Source: a virus
Lineage: Duplodnaviria; Caudoviricetes
Strand: one strand, 5' to 3'
Virus record (IMG/VR): IMGVR_UViG_3300020402_000055
Coordinates: 1-39,292 of that record
DNA length: 39,292 nt
Position 1 is the first letter of the stretch; the number at the start of each line of letters is the position of its first letter. Under the pieces are notes generated by a model. It worked only from the letters and a program-made list of their open reading frames with translations, ran no database searches and was not told the DNA's origin. Below, in pieces: positions 1 to 8,077 of this stretch. The translations under genes and the position numbers were made by a program.

Positions 1-51
1 CCCCTGCTTCTTCTTAGACAGAGAAGAGTTCTACCATTAAACTAAGAGACC
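1..51 (-). tRNA. tRNA-Asp(GTC), 3' part truncated by window edge
   Basis: Reverse complement reads GGTCTCT TA GTTT AATGGTA GAAC T CTTCT CTGTCTA AGAAG AAGC AGGGG: acceptor 5' strand, D arm, anticodon arm with GTC, start of T stem. Confidence 0.85.
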
Positions 52-56
52 CAATT

Positions 57-132
57 TGGTGGAGCTGGTGGGACTCGAACCCACAACCTCCGCGTTGCAA
101 ACGCGATGCTCTCCCATTGTCGCTACAGCCCC
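57..132 (-). tRNA. tRNA-Ala(TGC), 76 nt, CCA encoded
   Basis: GGGGCTG...TCGCG TTTGCAA CGCGG...GTGGG TTCGAGT CCCAC CAGCTCC ACCA; G3:U70 alanine identity pair present. Confidence 0.95.
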
Positions 133-1043
133 TGATTTCTAAAAACAAATTCAATAGCACGATCGGCTTCTTTCTCCATATCACGTTTTAAATACCAATT
201 ACCAGTATCGTTATCTAAAGTTCTGCATATATGTGCAACTTCTTTAGCAGTAATTGGATAACCTTTATTCAAAGCATTACCTGCTGTTGAAACCATTATT
301 TGGTACATCTTAGCGTACCAACCTGTTCCTTGTATAGTTTTATATTCATTAACTTGTTTCTGATTTACAAATGGACAATCTTGATAACCAGTCCAAGTGT
401 AAGATGTATTCTTTAATTGGTTCTTTCTATGTTCTACTAAACCTTTTTGTATTGCTTCTGGCAATCTATCGAAGAAGTTATCCGATTGTTGATAGTAAGG
501 ATGTGCTTCTAATAAACTGGAGACGCCCATAATATCTCCATCGTGACTAAAGATAAAGTTGTGAGCCTTCTGATATTTTGCTGGGATGTAATACATTCGA
601 GAAAGATCTTTTGTTTGTGCATCTGCTATTCCTCCTATCTCTTTATTTAGTGCAAACCAAAAATGTTTTATTTCGTCTTTTTCTACAAATCGATCTAAAG
701 GAAATACCAGCCTAAAACGAGGCTTGTCACGAGTAGAACTTGCAGTAGAGTAGCATACATATTTAAATCTTTCATATTTTTTTTCTATATCTTTTATATC
801 ACCGACAAAGTCATCCACATCGAGAATACCAAAACCGCCCCAAGAAACCACGTTATCGTTAGCACGAGTACTATCAGGCAAATATGTAGCAGGACTGATA
901 AGAGGAGCTTCAGACTTTGTAGGATATTTGTCAGATTCGGCGAGTCTATATAAGATTGTTTCGAATTGGTCAAACGACTCATAGTCCATTCTCTTATCCG
1001 TTTGGTTATCATAAATGTTATTAAAAATCGTACAGGATACCAT
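123..1043 (-). CDS. Putative archaeo-eukaryotic primase (AEP/PrimPol)-like DNA primase
   Basis: 306 aa; ILDVDD (DxD motif), YSTASS..KPRFRLVFPL, D..TKDLSRMYY pattern typical of phage AEP-like primase domains. Confidence 0.65.
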   Translation of the reverse strand: MVSCTIFNNIYDNQTDKRMDYESFDQFETILYRLAESDKYPTKSEAPLISPATYLPDSTRANDNVVSWGGFGILDVDDFVGDIKDIEKKYERFKYVCYSTASSTRDKPRFRLVFPLDRFVEKDEIKHFWFALNKEIGGIADAQTKDLSRMYYIPAKYQKAHNFIFSHDGDIMGVSSLLEAHPYYQQSDNFFDRLPEAIQKGLVEHRKNQLKNTSYTWTGYQDCPFVNQKQVNEYKTIQGTGWYAKMYQIMVSTAGNALNKGYPITAKEVAHICRTLDNDTGNWYLKRDMEKEADRAIEFVFRNQGL

Positions 1044-1425
1044 AATTTCCGCTGTGGTCTGGTGCTTCCCAATCTTCTGGTTTTGTAAGGTCAGGTAATC
1101 CTAGTGGATTAGGTCGACCTTCTTTTACACCAACTTGTTTATTCATATTCGCTTTTAATACTTCGTTCCAAGCTTTGTGTGCATCGACTTGGAAAGAGTC
1201 TAGCGTACCTATTGCAACAACACATAAATCTATAAGTGCATCTACAACTTCTTCACTGTCTGCATGATAGATTGCATTGTTTAATTCTGTTAATTCTTCT
1301 TTTAAAAAATCAGCCCTAAATTTTAGATATTCATTTCTTTGCTCTGGACTAGCTTTTTTAATCCAGTCGTGCACACCATATTTAGTTTGCATTTCATTAA
1401 TATCTTTTACCCAGTCTTTACTCAT
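1021..1425 (-). CDS. MazG-like all-alpha NTP pyrophosphohydrolase (DR2231/PRA-PH-like, possible dUTPase)
   Basis: FLKEELTEL...EEVVDALIDL...EVLKANMNK...KPEDWEAPD signature. Confidence 0.85.
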   Translation of the reverse strand: MSKDWVKDINEMQTKYGVHDWIKKASPEQRNEYLKFRADFLKEELTELNNAIYHADSEEVVDALIDLCVVAIGTLDSFQVDAHKAWNEVLKANMNKQVGVKEGRPNPLGLPDLTKPEDWEAPDHSGNYGILYDF

Positions 1426-1715
1426 GATATAATCTTTTTCTCCGGCAAAGCTATTTCACTTGTTGCATTTCTATGTTGTTCGACTAAATCTTCTATTGGG
1501 TCAACTTCAAACATAATATCTTGTTTTCTAATATTTACCCCATCTTTTGCTTTTGTGTAAGGCATGAAAGGCATAAATCCTATTTTACCTTCTCCTGCTG
1601 GAATAAGAACAATAGCATCTTTTACTTTTTTTGTATCTGCATATTCTCCTATACTTACTTCACCAATCAATTCTTCTCCAGAAGTTAGTCGGATTAGTTT
1701 TATATTTTTACTCAT
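1422..1715 (-). CDS. Conserved T4-like phage hypothetical protein (Sm-like fold)
   Basis: Probable start MSKNIKLIRLTSGEELIG at 1715, overlapping the upstream stop (ATGAGTAA); KL.sGEe.I motif. Confidence 0.7.
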   Translation of the reverse strand: MSKNIKLIRLTSGEELIGEVSIGEYADTKKVKDAIVLIPAGEGKIGFMPFMPYTKAKDGVNIRKQDIMFEVDPIEDLVEQHRNATSEIALPEKKIIS

Positions 1716-2049
1716 CTTTTTCCCCAATTTTGTGCGATCCATATTTGGACCAATCTTTGTACCATTTAGCACCATTTTGTTCTGCTTCTCTAAAGACTAG
1801 GTTAGTTATCATAATAGGAATTACAACACCAACATGAATCCAAATAGAATAGACGATGCTATAACTTTTCCAATCTATCCATGTCCAAGCAACAATACCA
1901 AAATATGCACTCCACATTATAAACAAAGCTAATGTAAAGTAAGCTTGTATTGATGGGTCGTGTATATGCCTTAATGGATTATATCTATTGTCCATAACTG
2001 ATCGCCAGGAAAAGACAACAAACATAATTAATCGTTTAATAATTTTCAT
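1708..2049 (-). CDS. Hypothetical membrane protein
   Basis: 113 aa with 2-3 hydrophobic segments; own consensus promoter 8 nt upstream of the ATG. Confidence 0.75.
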   Translation of the reverse strand: MKIIKRLIMFVVFSWRSVMDNRYNPLRHIHDPSIQAYFTLALFIMWSAYFGIVAWTWIDWKSYSIVYSIWIHVGVVIPIMITNLVFREAEQNGAKWYKDWSKYGSHKIGEKDE

Positions 2050-2057
2050 AAGCGTAT

Positions 2058-2090
2058 ATTATACCATAGTTTCATTGTGATGTAAACCCC
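2058..2090 (-). promoter_or_regulatory. T4-early-type sigma70 promoter, leaderless
   Basis: GGGGTTTACA-17 nt ending TGG-TATAAT-8 nt-ATG. Confidence 0.85.
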
Positions 2091-2389
2091 CTAATTTGTT
2101 CAATCACTTGTGGTTCGAGTTCCGGATTATTCCACATACGGTTTAATCCACTAGGGTGTGGAACTTTTAAATGTTCTACATTGTTCTTTGTAAAATGTTT
2201 AGCTACGTCGTTTCCCATAGCTATTACTCTGCATCCTATGATGTGTTCTCTCCAGTTTGGATCGGAAATGTTTGTCCAAGTCCAATTTTTAATTCCAGCT
2301 TCTATTGACCATTTAGTTATCCTCTTTATCGTGGGCGATTTTTCTGGAGGATGATTACCTGGCTCTGTTCCTACGTATATTGTTTTCAT
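2072..2389 (-). CDS. Minimal uracil-DNA glycosylase-superfamily protein
   Basis: 105 aa; IYVGTEPG (motif A-like), VIAMGNDVAK, KVPHPSGLNR (motif B HPS); ATGA overlap with polymerase stop. Confidence 0.7.
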   Translation of the reverse strand: MKTIYVGTEPGNHPPEKSPTIKRITKWSIEAGIKNWTWTNISDPNWREHIIGCRVIAMGNDVAKHFTKNNVEHLKVPHPSGLNRMWNNPELEPQVIEQIRGFTSQ

Positions 2390-4908
2390 TCAAAAAATAA
2401 GTCTAATGTCATCTGCGGACTTGCAGTCCAACCGATGGGTTGTAAAATTGGTTCGATAGCATCTAAAAATGTTTTCTCGAACTGTAGTTCTCTGTCGATA
2501 TAATCATCTAACCCAAACTCTTCTGGCAAATAATCTGGGAAAGCAATTACATTTTCTTTGATTGGGTTTGGTTGCTTTAAGTAAATAAATTTTAGTTTGT
2601 CGCCATTTCTTAGGTTTGGATATTGCATTAAATTATTTTCTTTTCTAATCTTGTTGTAAAGTAAAGCACCACGCACGTGGATCGGTGTACCTTTTTTATA
2701 GATTGTACTTGTGTCTGCATATCCAGTTATGTTCTGTGCGCCACGTGGGAAAGCAATCTGATAAGGGTCTAAAGAAAAGAAATGTTCTTTAAACTGTTTT
2801 ATAGCTTGCTGGACATCCGTTTGTTCTTTGGATATAATAACCTTAAAGATTTCTTTTAGTGCTTCTCTGCAAACTTCTGGTGTGGAACTTTTATTAGCTT
2901 CTACGCCAGTGGTTTTAATTTTAGGTACTTTGTATCTAACACCTTCGTTGTCTACAACGTTTAGTATATATCTTTTCTTAGCTAAGTATATTCCTCTGTC
3001 TGCTATTACTTCACGTTTCATAACCATTTTATTAGATAACCCACCATGTCTAGAATAGAAAGAATGGTAAGCACGTTCGAATACCGGTTCTAGTTTTTCT
3101 TGGCAAATAGTATCTAAGAAATCTATTGCGTTTTTAGGATTAAACTTTTCTACCAGGTCGCCTAATCCAACGTATAGCGAATCTGTATCGATGGTAATAA
3201 CATAATCTTTTTTAGTTTTAAGTAAATGATTTAGATAATCGTTAATAGCATTTTCGCCCCAACGGATAATAGCTTGGCCAGATAATGTAATAGCTTCTGC
3301 AATTCTTTGGTCGAAGAACCTAAAGTATCTATTACCAAGTGCACCATATAAACTGTTAAGTAGAATTTTAATAGACATTTGTTTGTTTTCTGCTAAAGAT
3401 ATTTGTCTTTGTAATTCAAATATAGTTTGTTTGTCTTCTGCTTTTTGTAATTCTTGTTGGTACTTAATTTGGTTCTTTTTAACTTCTACACGTTCATCGT
3501 ACATCTCCTCGATGATTTTAGGAAGCACACCTTGTTTGGAAGTATCGAAGTGTTGACCACCAACTGCGATTGCAGTACCACCTGGTCTTTTTAACATTGG
3601 TTTAGATAGAACAGTTTCTACATCTAGTTCTGGACTATATTCGTTTAGTATAGTTTCTGGTGACATATTAAACTGCATAATGATACTAGGATATAGAGAG
3701 TTTAAATCGAAACTAACTACGTGCTTATGCATACCAACCTGTGGTTCTTTTACGTGACCACCAGGATAAGTACCTTTGTCACTTTCTACTGGGAATGGAA
3801 CTATAATATTATCTTGATATAAATCACGATAGATGATTGAATCCCAAATCGCAGTGGTGCCAAACGTGTCGCTATAGTTAACACCACCACGATAAGCCAT
3901 AGTCATAGCTAATGTAATTAATCCCATCTTATCTTCGAATCGGTCTACAAGTTCTACATCTTTAATATTATAATCGATAAACTTTTGGTGGTCAGCTTTG
4001 TATAAATTGTTTAGAGAACCATGTTCTTCGTAAGATAGCTTTTCTTCGCCAAGTACTACGTAAGCAATATGGTTAAGAGAATAGGACTCTTGCTGACCGT
4101 ATGCATAACCAAATTTCTTAAATACTTCCATATAATCCATTTGGGATATACCTTGGAAGTCGTATGTTTCGTCTCGGTTCATAGACTTGTAAGCAATTCT
4201 AGCTTCTCTACGTTCTACCATACCCCAAGGAGAAAGCTTTTTAATATTCTCTTCGCCAAGGTCTGGTCCAAATACTCTACGGATACGATTGACCAAATAA
4301 GGTATATCGAAGAACTTAGAGTTCCAACCAGTAATAACATCGGGCGTGTGCGAAGGTGTAGCCCAGTGGTTAATAAAGTCTATTAGTAATTCTTTTTCGT
4401 CTGCACATTTTTTGTAAACCACACGATTGGTTTTCATAATTGTTTTAGATGTATCGTAGTCGCCTAAGCCCCAAACATAGTAAGTGTTATCGATATTATT
4501 TTTAAGACAAATAGCTGTGACGACTTTAGCAGCTTCGGATGGTTCTGGAAACCCATCGTCGGATTGTACTTCTATATCGATTGTGGTCACGTTAATTTTG
4601 GATCGGTCGAATTCTATTTCGCCGGGGAATAAGTCGTTAACTAAGCAAGATTGGTAGCGTGTATTACCATAGATGTATCTGCCAGCAACGTGTTGGTTTT
4701 CTGAAATCCAATCTTTAGCATCACGCATGGATTCGAACTGGACGGGAGCTACTGGTTTCCCATCGAGGGATTTCCATTTAGTAGCTTTGTTAGTTCCTAC
4801 GAAGAGTGTAGGTTTGTATTTGATTTTCTTTTGAACTCTTTTGCCATTTTCTATGCCCCTGTAGAGAAGCATATTACCATAGCGAGACACGTTTGTGTAA
4901 AAATTCAT
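2386..4908 (-). CDS. gp43: Family B DNA polymerase (T4 gp43-like)
   Basis: 840 aa; ExoI DIEV, ExoII GWNSKFFDIPY, ExoIII YNIKDV, DLNSLYPSII, KILLNSLYG, DTDS; C-terminal clamp-binding TLDLFF. Confidence 0.98.
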   Translation of the reverse strand: MNFYTNVSRYGNMLLYRGIENGKRVQKKIKYKPTLFVGTNKATKWKSLDGKPVAPVQFESMRDAKDWISENQHVAGRYIYGNTRYQSCLVNDLFPGEIEFDRSKINVTTIDIEVQSDDGFPEPSEAAKVVTAICLKNNIDNTYYVWGLGDYDTSKTIMKTNRVVYKKCADEKELLIDFINHWATPSHTPDVITGWNSKFFDIPYLVNRIRRVFGPDLGEENIKKLSPWGMVERREARIAYKSMNRDETYDFQGISQMDYMEVFKKFGYAYGQQESYSLNHIAYVVLGEEKLSYEEHGSLNNLYKADHQKFIDYNIKDVELVDRFEDKMGLITLAMTMAYRGGVNYSDTFGTTAIWDSIIYRDLYQDNIIVPFPVESDKGTYPGGHVKEPQVGMHKHVVSFDLNSLYPSIIMQFNMSPETILNEYSPELDVETVLSKPMLKRPGGTAIAVGGQHFDTSKQGVLPKIIEEMYDERVEVKKNQIKYQQELQKAEDKQTIFELQRQISLAENKQMSIKILLNSLYGALGNRYFRFFDQRIAEAITLSGQAIIRWGENAINDYLNHLLKTKKDYVITIDTDSLYVGLGDLVEKFNPKNAIDFLDTICQEKLEPVFERAYHSFYSRHGGLSNKMVMKREVIADRGIYLAKKRYILNVVDNEGVRYKVPKIKTTGVEANKSSTPEVCREALKEIFKVIISKEQTDVQQAIKQFKEHFFSLDPYQIAFPRGAQNITGYADTSTIYKKGTPIHVRGALLYNKIRKENNLMQYPNLRNGDKLKFIYLKQPNPIKENVIAFPDYLPEEFGLDDYIDRELQFEKTFLDAIEPILQPIGWTASPQMTLDLFFE

Positions 4909-4915
4909 AATGTAT

Positions 4916-4947
4916 ATTATACCACATTTCAGCGGAAATGTAAACCC
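4916..4947 (-). promoter_or_regulatory. T4-early-type sigma70 promoter for gp43, leaderless
   Basis: GGGTTTACA-17 nt ending TGTGG-TATAAT-7 nt-ATG. Confidence 0.85.
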
Positions 4948-5031
4948 TTAATTTAGTAAAGTAGTCAGCAATAGTACGAGAGCTATTTCCCAAGGGATAA
5001 AAATTATTCCGATTGTTATTATATATTTCAT
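4948..5031 (-). CDS. Possible 27-aa hydrophobic peptide (MKYIITIGIIFIPWEIALVLLLTTLLN)
   Basis: Read manually; fills the gap between hairpin and gp43 promoter; no Shine-Dalgarno. Confidence 0.35.
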   Translation of the reverse strand: MKYIITIGIIFIPWEIALVLLLTTLLN

Positions 5032-5046
5032 ATTGTTAGTTAAGGT

Positions 5047-5069
5047 GGGGAGAGCAAGCAGCCCTCCCC
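5047..5069 (-). terminator. GC-rich hairpin, probable terminator or stability element
   Basis: GGGGAGGGC-TGCTT-GCTCTCCCC; U-tract weak. Confidence 0.55.
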
Positions 5070-5083
5070 GATAATCTAATTCC

Positions 5084-5215
5084 TTAAAGTTGACTTAACC
5101 ATATTAGAGCCGGTGCAGTGCCTAAGCAAACTCCGGTCACGAATATGACTTCTATCATATCTTTTAAGGTCTTAGCGATTTCATGTTCAACCATATAGGC
5201 TTTTATTTTAGTCAT
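5084..5215 (-). CDS. 43-aa small membrane protein (MTKIKAYMVEHEIAKTLKDMIEVIFVTGVCLGTAPALIWLSQL)
   Basis: Read manually, absent from the ORF track; GGAG SD 7 nt upstream; C-terminal hydrophobic helix; directly downstream of hsp20. Confidence 0.7.
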   Translation of the reverse strand: MTKIKAYMVEHEIAKTLKDMIEVIFVTGVCLGTAPALIWLSQL

Positions 5216-5271
5216 GATTTATCTCCAGTAAAAAGTTTTTACACAATCTACTGAGTGTCGCTAATTGAGAA

Positions 5272-5727
5272 TTACCCTTTCAGGAATTCTTTCTTTGTTG
5301 ATGCCCCAGCAGACCCTATTTTGATCTCCCTAGGACGCTTCTCTTCCGGAAGTTCTACTCTAGCATAAACCACGAGTATTCCATCCATCAAATCAGCACC
5401 GTCTATTACGACAAATTCTGAGAGGCGGAAGCTCTTCTCGAATTTGCGGGACGATATACCTTTGTACGCGAATTCACGTTCATCTTTAGGCATCTCACCT
5501 TTTATTTTAAGAATACCATCTTTGACCTCAACAGAGATGTCTTCTTTTTTGAAACCGGCTAAAGCCATTTCAATAAGAAACTTCTCCTCATCGATCTTCA
5601 CCACATTGTGTGGTGGATAGTTATCTTTGCTTGACTTTCCTGCAGAGTGAATTCTCTCCAGTTCATCTAATAAAGGCTCAAAGCCTACGAAAAGCGAACG
5701 TGGTACGTTCAATGTATTTCTTACCAT
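5272..5727 (-). CDS. hsp20: Small heat shock protein (Hsp20/IbpA family)
   Basis: Start MVRNTL at 5727 with AGGAGG SD; FVGF, NYPPHNVV, EMALAGF, KGISSRKF..F.L, DGIL alpha-crystallin motifs. Confidence 0.95.
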   Translation of the reverse strand: MVRNTLNVPRSLFVGFEPLLDELERIHSAGKSSKDNYPPHNVVKIDEEKFLIEMALAGFKKEDISVEVKDGILKIKGEMPKDEREFAYKGISSRKFEKSFRLSEFVVIDGADLMDGILVVYARVELPEEKRPREIKIGSAGASTKKEFLKG

Positions 5728-5786
5728 TTTATTTCCTCCTATAATAGCAAGGTTATGTAGAGAACCGGCCCAATGCCGCATTCTTC
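5728..5786 (-). promoter_or_regulatory. ROSE-like RNA thermometer in hsp20 5' UTR
   Basis: CCTTGCTA-TTA-TAGGAGG hairpin with UUGCU opposite the SD and a bulged G; preceded by hairpin AGAATGCGGC-ATTGG-GCCGGTTCT. Confidence 0.7.
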
Positions 5787-5791
5787 AATAG

Positions 5792-5799
5792 TATTTATA
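5792..5799 (-). promoter_or_regulatory. T4-type late promoter upstream of hsp20
   Basis: TATAAATA followed by CTATT in the intergenic region. Confidence 0.75.
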
Positions 5800-5804
5800 C
5801 AAGA

Positions 5805-6233
5805 TTAATCTTTAGATTGATTATTTCCTATATTATACTTTGGACATAATTCCCACTGTGACTTTTCTTTAAAAGGTATAACCTTTATTTGTCTGAGTGG
5901 TGCTACGTCCTTGGCTTGGGAAGGTTTCACCATAGTGACCAATCCCCAATCCGATAACAATGTAGTAATAGTATTCCTACGTTGTATATCATTCTCAATT
6001 AAGTTAGACGGTTTTCCATCTAACAAGAATAATTCTTTAAAATGTACTATAAAATATCTGCCTTGTTTATGTAGTATGTGGCACGATTGAAATAGTTTGT
6101 TGTCTTTACGTGATGCGACCCCGATACGAGTAAGTGTTTCTCTAATCTTTAGAAAATCATCTGGCTCATTCAATGTGACTTCCAACATATCGTTGGGTGT
6201 CCATGGTCTAATTTCATTATTTTGTTCTTCCAC
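5805..6233 (-). CDS. regA: Translational repressor RegA
   Basis: DDFLKIRETLTRIGVAS, QSCHILHKQGRYFIVHFKELF; follows gp62 as in T4. Confidence 0.97.
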   Translation of the reverse strand: MEEQNNEIRPWTPNDMLEVTLNEPDDFLKIRETLTRIGVASRKDNKLFQSCHILHKQGRYFIVHFKELFLLDGKPSNLIENDIQRRNTITTLLSDWGLVTMVKPSQAKDVAPLRQIKVIPFKEKSQWELCPKYNIGNNQSKD

Positions 6234-6597
6234 CTTTTGTCATCCTATTTTTTATTTGTTTTATCTGGTCGCCGGTAAGAAGGGATAATACTGACTTTGC
6301 TTTTTCATTGCTATATCCATAGTATTCTTTTATGCAATCCAAATCTTCTATCTCTGATGGTTTAACCCATTTTGAGAACCTTTTTTTCTTTGTAATTATA
6401 TTTATAAAAAAATGGTTTTGAAGGCGATTATCCAGGTGGTGGTTTACATTCATTTCATTCGCATATAATACAGTATCTTTAAAATGTGATAATGTTCTGT
6501 TTACCAAGAATGGTTGGTATTCTTTTTCGGTTATATCATCTACAATTAAATCTTTCTTTGTAAAGTTAATTGCATTTATAAAATCAAACGGGTTCAT
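6217..6597 (-). CDS. gp62: Clamp loader small subunit
   Basis: MNPFDFINAIN, YQPFLVNRTLS, ANEMN, KKRFSKW, EYYGYS. Confidence 0.95.
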   Translation of the reverse strand: MNPFDFINAINFTKKDLIVDDITEKEYQPFLVNRTLSHFKDTVLYANEMNVNHHLDNRLQNHFFINIITKKKRFSKWVKPSEIEDLDCIKEYYGYSNEKAKSVLSLLTGDQIKQIKNRMTKGGRTK

Positions 6598-6844
6598 CGT
6601 ACCCCTTTTCCATATAGTGTTCTTGTATCAGTCTTTGCATTTCTATTACATCATCCATTACTTGGTCATGATGTCTTTTTGCTTCAATTGCTGCCTCTTC
6701 TGCTGCAGCAATTCTGGCATTTAATCCGTGTATCTTTTTTCTTGCTTTGTTTAACTGTTCCTCAAGCTCTCTTACATTCTGTTTTAGAATTCTAATTGTT
6801 TCGTCTTGTTTGTTTGTATACCCTGTAGTGTTCCAATCTACCAT
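6584..6844 (-). CDS. Hypothetical coiled-coil protein between gp44 and gp62
   Basis: 86 aa with heptad pattern; overlaps both neighbours. Confidence 0.7.
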   Translation of the reverse strand: MVDWNTTGYTNKQDETIRILKQNVRELEEQLNKARKKIHGLNARIAAAEEAAIEAKRHHDQVMDDVIEMQRLIQEHYMEKGYDEPV

Positions 6845-7779
6845 TATTTAAACTCCGCGTTTGCCATAATTTCTGTTAAACATGCTACAAGATTTAGTTC
6901 GTGGTCTGCAACAAAACTATTCTTGTATTGGTAATCTGCTAAGATAAGTACGAGCTGTGGAATAGATTTACCATCGACATATTCATACATTGTATCATAT
7001 AGTTTTCTAAATATAGCAGCAGGTTCGCTATCCATATTATCAGCAACCCATTGTCTCATCTTACGAAAGTCTTTTAGTTTTAAAAACTTAATTAAATCGT
7101 CTATCGAATCATCGGCTAAATTAACTAATATACCACTATCGATAATACCACCAGAACCATATCTTTGTAATTCATTAATAACTCTACGCCAATCTGGTTG
7201 GTGTTTCATAATTAGTTCTGCAACTATCTTTGGATCGTGGTCAACTTTTTCTGCACCCAAAATAGTTTTAACCCTATTGTGAAATTGATTGCATAGAACT
7301 GGCATATCTTTTTTAGCTATATTAAATTCTATAACTGTACATCTAGAATGCAGTGGTTGGATTATTCTATTCTTAAAATTACAAGTTAGAATAAATCTAC
7401 AATTAGCAGAGAACTCTTCGATAAATCCACGAAGAGCAGGTTGGGTGGACTGGGGATTTAGATAATCTGCTTCATCTAAAATTACCACCTTGTATCCACC
7501 CGAGAGCGAAACAGTACTTGCGAACTGTTTAATTTTGTTTCTAAGTGTATCAATATTACCTTCTTCACTACCATTTATAATTAGGTAATCTAAATCTAAT
7601 TCATTGCAGAGCGCCTTTGCAACAGTAGTTTTCCCCACACCGGCCGTGCCGGTTAGAAGCATATTGTGTAGTTCACCTCCGTCAACAATTTGCTCGAATG
7701 TTGCTTTTATGTGGGAAGGCAGGATTGTCTCTGCAATCTTTTGTGGTCTATATTTTTCTACCCATAAAAATTCTGTCAT
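6844..7779 (-). CDS. gp44: Clamp loader AAA+ ATPase subunit
   Basis: MTEFLWVEKYRP, GTAGVGKT Walker A, ILDEAD Walker B, SRC motif. Confidence 0.97.
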   Translation of the reverse strand: MTEFLWVEKYRPQKIAETILPSHIKATFEQIVDGGELHNMLLTGTAGVGKTTVAKALCNELDLDYLIINGSEEGNIDTLRNKIKQFASTVSLSGGYKVVILDEADYLNPQSTQPALRGFIEEFSANCRFILTCNFKNRIIQPLHSRCTVIEFNIAKKDMPVLCNQFHNRVKTILGAEKVDHDPKIVAELIMKHQPDWRRVINELQRYGSGGIIDSGILVNLADDSIDDLIKFLKLKDFRKMRQWVADNMDSEPAAIFRKLYDTMYEYVDGKSIPQLVLILADYQYKNSFVADHELNLVACLTEIMANAEFK

Positions 7780-8033
7780 AGTACTTCCCATCCTTCTACT
7801 GTATCTAATCTAAAAGATCTCCACGCAAGTTTATCTAAAGCCCAAACTGGAAAGTGTTCCATTTGTGTTGCGCTAACTTTTATTTCTGTAGTAATCCCAT
7901 TTGCTTCTAGGATGGTGGGATTGAGTGTGCAGGGCATAACCCTAATTTCGCCTGTGTCAATTTTTCGAAATGTGACTGTGACTGTGCCTTTGTATAAGGC
8001 GGAGAGTAAATCGCTTTTCTCTTTAATATTCAT
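7776..8033 (-). CDS. WYL-like/SH3 beta-barrel phage protein (DUF2693-like)
   Basis: Start MNIKEK at 8033 with AAGGA SD; VTVTFRK.DtGE.R.M.CTL and WRSFRLD motifs. Confidence 0.75.
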   Translation of the reverse strand: MNIKEKSDLLSALYKGTVTVTFRKIDTGEIRVMPCTLNPTILEANGITTEIKVSATQMEHFPVWALDKLAWRSFRLDTVEGWEVL

Positions 8034-8048
8034 AATATATCCTTTTTC

Positions 8049-8072
8049 AAATAAGCGGGGCCGAAGCCCCAC
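8049..8072 (-). terminator. Rho-independent terminator with cUUCGg tetraloop
   Basis: GTGGGGC-TTCG-GCCCCGC-TTATTT. Confidence 0.85.
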
Positions 8073-8077
8073 TTTGG

